64,000 bases of DNA from Dendrobates tinctorius (lineage: Eukaryota), in contig NW_027361806.1 of NCBI RefSeq assembly GCF_039654945.1, positions 4,960,001-5,024,000 of the forward strand, given 5' to 3'. Shown piece by piece: positions 41,704 through 54,582 of this stretch. The notes below the pieces were generated by a model. That model did no database searches. It was given only the letters and a program-made list of their open reading frames with translations, and was not told the DNA's origin. The position numbers were made by a program, and so were the translations under genes. The stretch's first letter is position 1. Each line of letters begins with the position of its first letter.

Positions 41704-42175
41704 CTCACCTGAGCTGGTTGTGCGTATTACAGTCACAACGCTGGCACAAGCATGATAGTTGCCGGGATGAGGCTGCTGCTCTAACCGCTGAACTTGGAGG
41801 ATACCAGGCTCCAAAAATATGGAGTAGAATATAAAATAGCAAAACGCTGTTTGTGGATGCTGCTAATGGCTGGTAAAAAGGAGGACAGTAAAAATGAAAT
41901 CTATTGGATCAACGCGTTTCGGAGTAAATGTAACTCCTTCATTAGTTACGTATAGGCAGGAAAAAAAAATTCTACTGTTCTCCGGTCCTTGGCGTCAAAG
42001 GATATTGGCAGCGTCAAACAAACAGCATTTTTCTATGTTATCAATTTTTCTGCTGATTTGGCACTGGGATGATATTTGATAAAAGAACAGTGTATGGGGT
42101 TGTAACATGTGAAATTGTTCTTTTAACCCCTTAATGCTTTTATATGCTGCTAATGTAATAGATATGTATATTTAA

Positions 42176-43017
42176 TGTAGTATTGCTAGGGAAAGTGAGT
42201 TACCCCGGGTCAACCACTAGATGGGAGTATAATGCTAATGGGGAGTATTACCTCAGATTGGCCACTAGATGGGGGCACTGTAGACAGGGAACATTGTTAG
42301 GAGTGTAGAGAGTTAACATAGGAGGGGCACGGTGGTTAAGTTAGAGGGACTTCCTGATTTTAGTCAGTCGGGGCGAGAGCGCCCATTAGCTCAGGAGGGC
42401 TGGCTAGCCCTGGGCAACACAGTGTCACGCAACATTATGTGCAAACCCAGCATATATTCGTGACCAGGATTGTCACAGAGGGATCTGCAGCGGCAGTACT
42501 GGCAGTGCAGTATAAGTGGGTCTGCAGTTGCTAGTGAAGACTAAGCAGTACGGGCACATCACTTAACATGTGGCAGCTGATCTCGTGGTCTGATGCCCTC
42601 AAAGCCGGGGCAAAACGGTTGAGGGAACACCTGACTGGAGTGTGGCTGAGCACTGAAGATGCTGTGGGACCGTTCGGCATGGTCCGCCCCGGAAGCAGGC
42701 TTAGTTATAGAGACAGAAGGAAAGGGACAGAAGAGGAGTTGTATGCTGTGAATCCTGATGATGCTGGAAAGAATATGAATATGCTGTGTACAAGTCTCAG
42801 TAAAGTTGCTCCGTTTAAAGTTGAACTATACTGTGACTCCGTTATTTCTAAAGTGGATCCTGAAGTCCTCCAGAAATGTACAGAGGACACTGATGGAGCT
42901 GTGAAAGGCGCTGCAGGTATGTTGAGTGATGGGCAGCGTGCTTATATGATGGGAGGCCAGGGCACACTGTTGCAGATGCTAGTGGCCACGACTACAGCCC
43001 TGGCCGTCCCTCACACA
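42176..43017. mobile_element. Possible solo LTR-like sequence
   Basis: TG...CA bounded block that is GC-richer than its flanks. No TSD confirmed and the boundaries are uncertain. Confidence 0.3.
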
Positions 43018-44284
43018 GGTTCTATGACTGCCAGTAGGGCCAGGGTCACACCAGAGTATTTTTTCCAACGGACTCATTGACTTACATGGCCGAGTGTGAT
43101 CCGAATATTGGATACAAATCGTGCATGCTGTGAGTTTTTTCCTCGGCTCATCATGCCCACATAATAGGGTGGTGGTTCACTCTTGTACATCGGCCCACCG
43201 GAGGATTTTCCTGTGGGCCAGTCCAAGCCAGTATACAACCAATCGTTGTTTTGCCGCGTCCGTCCTGTGCACCCCAAAAAAAGCAGATGTGCCGCTATCA
43301 GAAAAATTAATATATGAAGCCACCCATGTAATGCCATAGCCATAATACAATTGCAATCGCACATGTGCATCCGGAAAGAAAGTAGATGAAATTATAATTT
43401 CAAAACCAGGATCCAAGTCAGAGCGAGTATTACAGAGAAGGAGATAAGGACAAAATAAATGAGCTGCTCCTTCAGATCCCAGGAAGGTATTTTATCAGCC
43501 TTCAATTCTCAAAAAGGATGTGATAGATGAGCTCACACTGTATATGTGCGAATGATGGGACTTATTGTCACACGGCTCTGAGCTAATGTGCTGGGGCTCC
43601 AGGTAATAACGACTAATGAAATCTCGTATTTCACTAAAGCACAAATTTAGGGAAGAAACCTTTGTATGATTGCAAAGAAAATCAAATCTGCAAATTTACC
43701 AAACCAGTAGTTTTTCCAGACTTTTGTAAAATGAAAATTTGGCTTATAACAAACACGAGCAGGACTGCACTAGAGAAGAAGCTGGACCATTGCTGATACA
43801 TAGGAAAAAGGTGAAAATAGCCACTGACAGTGATTATATTAAAAAAAATTGATAAAGATGTTAAGGCTGATCTATCACCAAATTTCACAATATGGTGTGT
43901 ATACATTATTAAAAAGATCTTATAGACCTGACGAAACAGGTGAAAATTCAGCCTCATATATTTCTGTGCAGCTGTCACACTCGGGTCAGGAGAGCCGCCG
44001 GCCAGTCCGTGCACTGCGGTCCAATCTATACAGCCATATGACTGTGCTCGCAGATTGGCTTTATAATTATTTTGCAAAAGTTTCCATGCTAAAGTAAAAT
44101 GAGCATTTTATGAACCTTTAAAAAAAAAAGTTATATCAGTGGTGTACCGCTAATAGTAGAAGACCACACGGGGGCCAAACGCTAGATCACACCTACCACA
44201 TGGAGCTTCCATCCACAAACTGCACAGACCGCAACAGCCCATCGTGCTCTTCCCTACATTTAGTCAGTCAGTACTTGTTGGGGG

Positions 44285-44739
44285 GAACTGTGGGAGCCAT
44301 CATACTGTGTGTGGGGACCATCATACTTATGGGGAGACTGTTTAACAATAATATTGTATGGTGAAGTTGTGGGGTATCATACTGTGTATGAGTTGGGGAC
44401 TGTGAGGACATCATAGTGTGTGAAGCATCTGTGGGGGCATCATAGTGTGTGGAGCATCTGTGGGGGCATCATAGTGTGTGAAGCATCTGTGGGGGCATCA
44501 TAGTGTGTGGAGCATCTGTGGGGGCATCATAGTGTGTGGAGCATCTGTGGGGGCATCATAGTGTGTGAAGCATCTGTGGGGGCATCATAGTGTGTGGAGC
44601 ATCTGTGGGGGCATCATAGTGTGTGGAGCATCTGTGGGGGCATCATAGTGTGTGAAGCATCTGTGGGGGCATCATAGTGTGTGAAGCATCTGTGGGGGCA
44701 TCACAGTGTGTGGAGCATCTGTGGGGGCATCATAGTGTG
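44285..44739. repeat. 29-bp minisatellite, left block
   Basis: CATCATAGTGTGTGGAGCATCTGTGGGGG, preceded by diverged units. Confidence 0.92.
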
Positions 44740-46904
44740 TGTCATGTCCGCCATGTCTGTCATGTCTGCCCTGTCTGTTTTCTCTCAAGAACTCCTGGCG
44801 CGATGTGCATGCGCATATCTTGTATGCTATCCTGCTTGTTCCCTAGAGCAGTGTGCACACTCACCTCATGTCTGAGCTGCAGGATGCCTGCGTTTCTGCT
44901 CTGTCTTCTGTGATCTTCACGTCATGTCTAGAATCTCTGATCAGGTGTCCCTGTCTGGATCCTGCACTGACTGGTTCTGCAATCATCTCGTCATGTCTGG
45001 AACACTGATCATGTGACCTTTCCTAGGATCCTGCACTGTCTGGTTTGGTAATCATCTCGTCATGTCTAGACTGTCCCTGTCCCTGACATGCTCTCTGCAT
45101 GCGCAGGTCTCTGCCTCGTTCTTTGTCTTGTCCCTGTTGTTTCGTGCGCTCTTGCACATTTCGTACTAGGCTTTGCCATGCTGTCTCGCATGTGGCTCTG
45201 TCCTGTACCCTTTGCCTAGCCCTGCCTTGTGGCTCCGTGCCTCCGTGCACATGCCTGGTCGCCTGTGCCTGCCTGGTGTGCCTCAGCCGTGCCGCCTCTA
45301 GCCGTGCCGCCTCTAGCCGTGCTCGCCTGTGTGCCCCAGCCGTGCCCCGTCCAGTGCTATAGTGGTCTGGCTGCGTGGCCCCGCAGCGGTGCCACCTCTA
45401 GTCGTGCCCGCTTGCAACTGCCATCGTCGGTACCACCTGCCGGTGCTCCGAGCCGTGGTCTCTGTGCTCCCTTGCACTCACGCTGGTTCTCGCACTGTGC
45501 CTTTTCGTGCTACTCTTGCACAAAGCCTTTGTCTCTTTTGCTCTTCTCAGACCCCTAGTTTGCCTGCCGGATTCCATAACCTGCCGACCGCTGCCAGAGG
45601 TCCGGACCTAGATGACGGCGGCCTGATGTCCGGAGCTGATGTCCGTAGCCAGATATCTGGACCTTGTCGGTCGATGCCAGCATTTGGATTCCGATGCCAC
45701 CGTACTCTGTGCCTCTCCCTGGCATGCCCCTTGGCATGCGCAGGCCACCATCCTGTGAACCTGACCCGTCCCTGGCATGCCCCTTGGCATGCGCAGGCCA
45801 CCGTCCTGTGAACCTGACCCGTCCCTGGCATGCCCCTTGGCATGCGCAGGTCTCTGTTCTGTGAACCTGATCCTGGCGTGTCCGTTGAGACGCACCATGT
45901 CACTAAGGCTAGTTTCACACTAGCGTTTATGAGCGCAGCGACGGCCTGCGCACGGCCGCTAAGCCCCGCCCCCTGCCGTGCCTCCGCCGGTAGCTCCGCC
46001 CACCGGCGCATGACGCTGCATGCGCCCTGCGTCCCCTATCTTTATCACTGGGGGCGCAGGCCGTGCGCAGTATGCGTTTGGCGGCGCATGCGTCCTTTTG
46101 ACAGTGCACCGACCTGCGCCAAACGCAACCTGCTGCAGTTTGGTTGCGTCGGCGCACCGTCAAAAAGGCGCATGCGCCGCCAAACGCATACTGCGCACGG
46201 CCTGCGCCCCCAGTGATAAAGATAGGGGACGCAGGGCGCATGCAGCGTCATGCGCCGGTGGGCGGAGCTACCGGCGGAGGCGCGGCAGGGGCGGGGCTTA
46301 GCGGCGGCCGTTGCTGCGCTCATAAACGCTAGTGTGAAACTAGCCTAACTCTATCTTGTTTCCTTGCATGGAACCCTGGCTGACTTCTGGATGTCCGGAT
46401 CCTGCAGATCATCCTCTGAGCTACAGACCCTGATGCCCTGGTTGATCGTGGACTGTTGTCCGGAGTCCGATGTCCGCGTACCATCTGCACGTTCCATGCT
46501 TGGACCTCGGCGTGCCATTGCACGCACCCTGTTCCACGAACTCTGTGTGTTCACGTTTGCTCCTGTTGCACCCTGAAGAGTTCCTCAAGTCTTGGACCTC
46601 GGCGTGCTCTTGCACGCACCTTGCCTTATGTTCTGTGTGTCCACGTTTTGCACCTGTTGTACCTGAAGTCTTCCTTAATGAAGTTTCTTTGAACTAACGA
46701 CTCGTCTTGCCTTGTCTTGTTTCCCTGAGCTGGCCGTCTGGTCCAGCTGCCGTGGTGGCTCACCCCCTTGGTCTTGCCCCTGACACTCCCTGTATAGGGG
46801 GTGGTTCTCATTAGGTCAGCTCGCCCTAGGTGGGTGGGTGCCACGGCCCAGAGGGTCCACTCTTTCAAAGAAGAACGACTCAGCGTAAGCTGACACTTGT
46901 CACA
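44740..46904. mobile_element. Solo LTR-like insertion in the 29-bp minisatellite
   Basis: TGTCA ... TCACA termini, 5-bp TSD GTGTG (44735-44739, 46905-46909), GC-rich, internal ~56-bp tandem repeats at 45715-45870, no coding domain. Confidence 0.75.
45907..46345. mobile_element. Young Harbinger-type fold-back MITE (439 bp) nested in the LTR
   Basis: TAA|GGCTAGTTTCACACTAGCGTTT ... AAACGCTAGTGTGAAACTAGCC|TAA; arms of about 200 bp are nearly perfectly complementary. Confidence 0.93.
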
Positions 46905-47860
46905 GTGTGTGAAGCATCTGTGGGGGCATCATAGTGTGTGAAGCATCTGCGGGGGCTCTCATGCTGTGTGTGGGGACCATCATACTTATAGGGAGACTGT
47001 TTAACAATAACATTGTATGGTGAAGTTGTGGAGTGTCATACTGTGTATGAGTTGGGGACTGTGAGGACATCATAGTGTGTGGAGCATCTGTGGGGGCATC
47101 ATAGTGTGTGGAGCATCTGTGGGGTCTATCATACTGCATGCGGGGACAATATTACCGTATTGTATTGGAAGACTGTGGGGGCATATATTGTTGTGGGGTA
47201 TCATACTGTGTGTGGGTTGGGGACTGTGAAGATACTGTATTATAGTGTGTCGAGTATCTGTGGGAGCATCAGTTTCAGGGCGATCCATGGGGGTTCTCAT
47301 ACTGTATTTAGGGAATCATAATGTCTGTGAGATCTGTTGGGGTCATTGTACTGTGTGTGGGGAGCTGAAAATGTATCATACTCTGTGGGGGGCATTATAC
47401 TGTGTACTGTGTGAGGGGCTGTGGCTGCATACTGTGTGGGCGTTACTGTGGGGTGGACAGTATGGAGCCTCACAATGCAGGACGAGGGACTGTAGTAATA
47501 TCACACTATGTGGAGGGCAATGTAGACGCATCATAATGTATTTAAAGGTTGTGGGGGTGATATACTGTATTGGAGGCACTGTGGGGACATCATGCTGTTT
47601 TTGGGGCACTGTGGCAGGACCAGATTATGTGGAGGAATCATACTGTGTTGAAATTACTATGGGATCATCGTAATGTGTGGGGGGACAATGTAGAGGCATC
47701 ATATTGTGTGGGGACTTCACACTGTGGGGTCTCATGGGGAAACTGTGGAGGAATCCTAATGTCTGTGGGGGACACTGTAGGGCCATCAAACTATTTCAGG
47801 GACATTATGGCAGCATCATACTGTGTTGGGAGCCTTTAGGGGCCATCATATTGTGTGTGA
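46905..47860. repeat. 29-bp minisatellite, right block, progressively degenerate
   Basis: CATCAT..TGTG..GGGG units; 46965-47075 duplicates 44300-44415. Confidence 0.85.
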
Positions 47861-48934
47861 GGATGAGAACACTAAGGGGCTTTCAGTAGGGGCAGAAATA
47901 CTGTATACAGGCAGCAATATATGTACCTCGCCCTCTCTTTAAAACTCGGGAGGTATGCTCTTTTGTGACCACCTATGCACCGTGACCATTCCTACTCCAC
48001 CCAAATAATTTTATTTTTTCTTTGCGGGATAAAGGGGGCATGGTTTAAAATATGTCAATTTGCTAATTCTTGTTGCAAAAAAAAAAAAGAAAAGAAATTG
48101 ATCTTACGGAACTTTGTTTGCTGCCTTTGCAGGCCGTCACATTTACCTCTGTCTATTAGTCAGGATTAGTAAATCTGCCCCAACGTTCTTCTTTTCTACC
48201 ATTTTTGCCAAGTTATTCTATCTATATTCATACAGTCTTATATTTATATGACGCTCCCTGACTAAACCTCGCAATATCAATGGTCATAAACATTTCCAGA
48301 GAAAAATCCCAGAGAACTGAGCCACCAAGTCTGGGAAGGAACAGAGAAGACGAGGCATGTTGGGCACATCTGGAATTTACATGGCGTCTTCCTGTCACAT
48401 GTTCATTAATATGCAGGAGAAATGTTAGAGAAACCCAGAAGGAATGCTAATATTTGGATTTCTGCATCCTCTCTGTCCATTTTCTTTGCTTGGCCCCGGC
48501 TCTAGGACGCTCGGCCCCTGTGCACATGCGGAGTCTCTATGCGTAATAATGGAGAAGATTAAAGGGAACAGCTGCCAACAACAGCGCTAGAAAGCGGATG
48601 ATGTGAAAAAGTGACCGACTCCCATCCGCCATAATAAAGTGGATGAAATGGACAGTGATACAATGTTCCATTAATACAACACCTACTGTACAATATCCTG
48701 GATTGCACATTGTGCAGGAAGACGGATGATCTTAATTATTCCATTCTAATGATTAATTTGTGCAAAATCTAAGCAGGGTAGTAACTTGTCGAATTCCGTA
48801 CTATCAGGCAGCGCAGAGCTGGATGATCAGAATTGCTCTCAGATCCACTTATGTTTACATATGAGTTCAAAAAATCAGTGCAAGAACTGTATGGACTGGA
48901 GAAAAATGGATAGGTCTACTGCTACACATATATG

Positions 48935-49145
48935 TATTTATTTTACTTGTTTATATAGCGCCATCATATTCCGTAGCGACATTATTACTGTCGCCATCGG
49001 GGCTCACAATCTAATTTCCTATCAATATGTCTGTGGAATGTGGGAGGAAATCCACGCAAACACGGGGAGAACATACAAACTCCTTGCTGGGATCTGAACC
49101 CAGGATCCCAGCACTGCGTGGCCAAGGGCTCAATGCACCGCTACC
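48935..49145 (-). mobile_element. V-SINE with L2-like 3' tail
   Basis: Minus strand: GGTTCAGATCC (B-box-like), GGAGTTTGTATGTTCTCCCCGTGTTTGCGTGGATTTCCTCC (V domain), then GGCGCTATATAAA ... AATAAATA tail. Confidence 0.8.
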
Positions 49146-50270
49146 CCCCATTATCATTCTGAGGACTTTTTCAGCTTCTGATTGACAGCGCTCACCTGCC
49201 CATAGTTTACACAGACTGAACTCAGCCTGTGTATCCATGCATGCGCACTGACACTGCACAATGTCAGGTTCTCCTTCTTGGCTGGAGCCGGGAAGCAGAA
49301 CGTGCTCGCCCACACTGCTGACACTATGCGTGCATTGGCAGTGCTCAGGCAGTGTCAGTGCGCATGTGCAGACACACAGGTCCAGTTCAGGCACGGGTCA
49401 CTCTGGGTAAAGGTGCGCTGTCAATCAAAAAAAGAGAGACATTCTCCAAATGCCAACAGATCAACCAAGAGTGAAGCCCCTTCTTTAGAAATAAGTCATT
49501 TTCTCAAAGGCAGTACCAAAAACATATACGATTTTTATTGGGGTCAAGTCACTTTATAGCTACTTTAATAATCATTTTGGGGAGAACATTCCCTTTAAAT
49601 GGCTCCCATATTGATCAAAGTTTGTCCCTGGACCCCCCTCTGTTCGTTGTGGTGGTCGGCAATAACCATTCAAAAGAGATTATTATAACTATCAGCCACC
49701 AAACTAAAATCATCAGGAAGGCATCAAACGTCAGGAAAATAAGACGATACTGAATATGGAGACAATTATAAAAAAGTGAGGATCCAGCTACGATGTTACA
49801 CTTGAAAAGGTTTTGATTTTATAGATTCGGTCCATACATCCATTTAAAGCACATCTGTGTGAGAGACTGGAGCCCGTTGTGTTACATAAGGTCTAGAGCA
49901 GCATCCGGTGCTCCTGGGAGACTCCATTTTGTCATGCAATTCAATAGATGTCCAGGGAGAACAAGCATTTTCATTGTGGTTTCGCCGCAGATTACATCGG
50001 GATGCACTGAAGGATTTTCCGTAAAAGAATTACAACGAGGTTGTCTTTTTTTCTGGTGCTCCCCTTGAAGCCAAGCTCTGGTCTATATACTAACATGTCA
50101 GAGGTCACTGGATAATGATGTATGTATAGTCAACACAAGGAACTCGTTACATAACCAAGAGACAAATGTCTCTGCTGACAACTGTACGTGCTCCAGTCCA
50201 CTAAACTTATAGCACCAGAGGGGGCTGGGGTGAATAGTGGTGACTACAACTCACTTCAAAGATTATAGTC

Positions 50271-50686
50271 TAAGGAGTAGAGTAACGTTTCATCTTGTGG
50301 AGAGTGATATGCCAGTGTAAGGAGACTTATAGGCCATGCAATGCTTCTCTGGGTAATTAAATATGCAAATTGCCTCGTCAGTAGAGGACTAGAATTCTAG
50401 TGTCACCTAAAAGTCAATATCGACCCTTTAACGAGCCTTGCCATATGACTTAGAGATTCTGGTTTGGCTTTTATCCTATTTGCAGATACATGTTTCAGGG
50501 TATTTCCCCTCCTCAGTGCAAAGAATGAGACCAGATCATTCACTGAGGAGGGGCAACACCCCCAAACACGTGTCTGCATATTGAGATTCTAGTTTGGCTC
50601 AAGGCTTTTGAAGGGTCGATATTGACTTTTTAGGCCTGTAGGTGGCACTAGAGTCCTTTTCCTCTTTGAAGAAACAATTTGCATAG
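50271..50686. mobile_element. Fold-back Penelope-like non-coding insertion with two inverted hammerhead motifs
   Basis: 15-bp TSD TCAAAGATTATAGTC (50256-50270, 50687-50701); palindrome 50362-50685; hammerhead-like cores at 50481-50520 (-) and 50541-50578 (+). Confidence 0.75.
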
Positions 50687-51932
50687 TCAAAGATTATAGT
50701 CACCGTTACTATCAACAATCCCGTGACCATCGTGCAGCGAAATGGCGTGTAATGCAGAACGGAGGCTCAGTGGTCAGCACTGTTAATTTGCAGGACAGAA
50801 CTGCTGGAATCAGACATGAGAAATGGGTCACCATTAACAAAAAATTATTTTTTTTCCAAAAAAACATGAATGGTAGATTAAGCATTTAGTATTCAATAAA
50901 ATCTAAGGACTCATTGAGGACTGTCCTTGGCTCTACACACCTGCTCTTATTTAAGAAGTACAGCTGCTCCTAATAAAACCAATCTATCACGTTTGCCGAT
51001 AAAGACCTCTTTGAATACATCTTCTCCTTTTTTTTCCAGATTTCTATCTGTGGTTTCCCTGCTGAGCAATCCATAGCCATCTGACTGTTCTGCTAAGGTA
51101 TTACCGGGGTTGATATATTCATTGGAGGTCTTTGTAATTGAATTAGTGAAGGTGCTCCCTGAACTCCTGACCTCCATTATTTATGAGGAACGGTCATTGA
51201 GAAGCCTTTGATTTGATCCCCGGGTTATCAGGTCTATCTGTTCTTGGTCTTCCTTACTGCCGTCTTCTTCTAAAGACTAGATGACCAGAGAGAAAGTGGC
51301 AGAAGATGCATCTTGTGCTGTCAGGGACATTTGGAGTAATAGATGTTGGAATTTCAATTTGTAGTCTCTGCTTTGTATTCAGCAAAAAAAGGTTGAACGT
51401 GCTCCTAACCTCCCCAAAGCCATTAGTCCCCATCCATCTCGTGTGGGATGCGGAGGAACCTTCAGAAAGCACATTTGTTTTTATTTATCTCGGGTTTGGC
51501 CTCCCAATATCCAGCAACTGGAAACTGTCTGTTCTTTCTCTTGAGTGAACAGTAATTGGTAAATGTCAGGAAATTACCAAGTCACGGGGCAATGTCTTTT
51601 AATGAAGCGTGTAACCGTTTTAACTCAACCTGCCTGTCATGTAGGGATCATGATTCTATTAAATCAATGTGCACTTACATTGCTTTTCTTCTGCGTTATG
51701 AATAATAAAAGTCTTTGTTGGTGGGGAAGATAATTCAATGTAATGATTACAGACCCAGTCATGTTGTAATGCTCATAAACCTACTGGAGACATGTATTGG
51801 CCTTAATATCATGGGCATTTTGCACTCATGTAGCTACTGAGAGGCTTCATCCTTCTTGAATACCCAAGATTATGCTCATGTTATATAAATATATTAAAGG
51901 TGTTACCCAGTCCAATAATTTTGCTGACCTAT

Positions 51933-52807
51933 TGTCACACACAGTGTGGGAAGACTAAGTGCAACACGAAGGGTGAGGGGAAGGAAGCCCAGACAATAGG
52001 GAAAGGGTGAATAAAGACCCCTAGGCTGATCTGATAACACCCTACCTGCCCTACCGTCCCTAAATTGTTTCCTCACCAATCGCCGAACAGGAACCTAAGC
52101 CCTGTATCTCCCTAGAGTTAGGCGCTGGATAGGGAGCGGATGAGCACTGGTCAGTCCTCACTGTAAACTAAAGACAAAAAGGTAGACAAACAAGGGGAAT
52201 GAACTTAGCTTGAGCAGATTCAGAGAGTAACACCAAATGTCCTCAAATAGCTCCAGAGAGGTATAAAAATAAGGAAATGGTTGCACTCAATTGCATTAAG
52301 GCAGTTAGAATAGGGACCCATTCAATGAGATCACCTTGACGTTGGTGAATGGGCTCACTTTTTTTGGCCAAATTTTGTGCTAAGTATCTCATATGTTTTT
52401 TCTAAATTCTAAAAGCCATTATGCTATTCACATTTCATATATTTCATATGCCTTAATGCAATTGAGTGCAACCATTTCCTTATTTTGATATGGAAGCTGT
52501 TTTTTGGTATGCACCTATTCAGACTAGGATGTGCCCTCAGTTTTTTCTGTCATTTGTAGCTCCAGAGAGGTAGTTAGCCGACTGCTATAGCTCCAAGCCT
52601 TCACAAGGGAAAATGTGAATACCACTGATGACTCTCTGCAGCAGTCTGGGGATATATAAACTCCCAGGTACAGGTGTATCAACTAGAGCCGGAGGGAGGT
52701 TGCCGCGGGGTTCAAGAGTCAGAAGGATTAAGGAGACGTATGTAATGCCAGACCTTCTGCAGCCAGATGCAGAGCGACAGACTTTTGCATCTGACACACC
52801 AGTGACA
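51933..52807. mobile_element. Solo LTR
   Basis: TGTCAC ... GTGACA termini with 5-bp TSD CCTAT (51928-51932, 52808-52812). Confidence 0.85.
52264..52556. mobile_element. Short fold-back Penelope-like insertion nested in the solo LTR
   Basis: 16-bp TSD TAGCTCCAGAGAGGTA (52248-52263, 52557-52572); perfect 38-bp inverted repeat at 52266-52303 / 52449-52486, then a 70-bp unique tail. Confidence 0.75.
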
Positions 52808-53523
52808 CCTATACTCGTATATTACACCAATGGGGGTTTGAGACTTGGCATCCCCAGCAACTGATGGATATGTAAGGGCATCCCTTCTGGGACTTAAGTT
52901 CTTCCCAAAGCATGGCTTCCCCTCTCATCATGTCATGTAAACATAATAAAGAGGAAACATACAAAAAACATATTCCCGACACTTGTAAACTGCGGCCATA
53001 TGTGTTGCCCTCAATCTTTCTACAATAAACAGTAAGTGTTTACTCTACGAGTGAGAATCGCGGGAGGTTCGTGCACCTCATTGTGTCCCGTCTTGCACAA
53101 TCCGACATGTCTGGTACTTATTGTTTTAATGGTGGTTTACAGTACCATGACTCACTGTATATATTATACGATATAAAGATTGGTTACGTCCCACCATTAC
53201 GGAGTTTATTTGTTCTCAGCACATTCTTTTTACATCCTCACACTACCTAAAAAAACTTATTGATACTTATTTGAAATTGGAAATAGTTTACTTCAAGGTT
53301 GAGGATAAATAGAATCATAGATTGAAAGCTCCTGGGGTCTTGAATAGTGGAAGCAATACTTTTTGAACTCCTAATCCAGTGATAATGGGGGGATAACACT
53401 GAGATCGAGATTGGATTCTGAGCTTGTGAGGATGGGGATGATGAGAGTGATACATTGTGTGTGATAGGGAAAAAAATAAGTTTGTGAGCCCCTATTTCAG
53501 ACCGTGACAATAAATACAGATTA

Positions 53524-53925
53524 TCAACAGTCCAAACGATAATCGACACACCTTCTTAAAATAATTGCTTTATTGATCCAGTAGTATAAAAGGCACACAA
53601 AATGGTTGTACACAACATAAAAATAAAAAAATGCAGAAAAGAAATATCTGCTGCGCTCCCAGGAAACACATGTAAGACCTACATGGTCCTTTGGCTTGAC
53701 AAAGGACCATGCAGGTCTGCCACATGTTGCGTGGGATATTTATTTTCTGCATTTTTAATTTTTATGCTGTTATCTACAACCATTTTTTGGGCTTTTTATA
53801 CTACTGGATCAATAAAGCAATTCTTTTAACGAGATCTGAGTGCCGGCTATCGTTTGGACTGTTGACATTACTGGAGTATTTCGCCGTGCACCTGGACAGG
53901 TGAGCCGATTGCTCCTTTCTCATAT
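53524..53925. mobile_element. Fold-back Penelope-like insertion
   Basis: 13-bp TSD TAAATACAGATTA (53511-53523, 53926-53938); palindrome 53524-53865 centred near 53695 plus a 60-bp unique tail; decayed hammerhead-like layout at the centre. Confidence 0.75.
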
Positions 53926-54582
53926 TAAATACAGATTAGTGGGCTTGTCAAGGTTTTTAAGCTGGATTTATAATAAAGCATATAGAGTTTTAAAAGTGCT
54001 GATTTCTATATTGTGTTTATCGACTACCCAGAGATGAAATGTGCTGAAAAAGATTGCCAAATACAAGTATTGACCAAGCAGCCCCCACATAAAGCTGACA
54101 ATATACTGGACAGTGTGGATGTCTAGTATAGGAATATCGTGCATTTATTAGTCACTTACTCCCAGTTCCATCCACACAAAGATGCATGTCTTCCACGGTC
54201 TGCAAATTCAGAAGGAATCTGTCCTGAGCACCGGATATGGCTGACCTCGGAGAGATAAAAATCACCCCATAGTATAGAGAGCGTCATCCATAGAAGAGAG
54301 GCCTTTTGTTTGGTACAAGAGCCGTCATATCTGTGGTTGGATATATGGATGGGATAAGGTCGCTGAATACCGGCAGGGAGATGGACCTCATACTTCTAAT
54401 ATGGGGTGATGGTCAAGGGGCAATGGTTGTGTAGGAAGAGTCTGATAATGATCTTCATTCCAAGCGTGAGAAATGTTGTATGAAAGAATTAGTTTCCCCG
54501 TACATCTGAATATCAGTCACGATTATCCTCAAGTCACAAAGTTCTACTGAAAAACAACAAATCTGCATCTATTTTACCTCTA

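Noticed and set aside
42568-43080. 170-aa ORF
   Set aside because: No recognisable motif; lies in probable LTR-like sequence.
45023-46868. Dense overlapping ORFs on both strands
   Set aside because: GC-rich, stop-poor LTR and palindromic MITE; no recognisable domains.
50947-51548. Protein-like short ORFs in unique sequence
   Set aside because: Stops in all frames, no splice signals or homology recognised.
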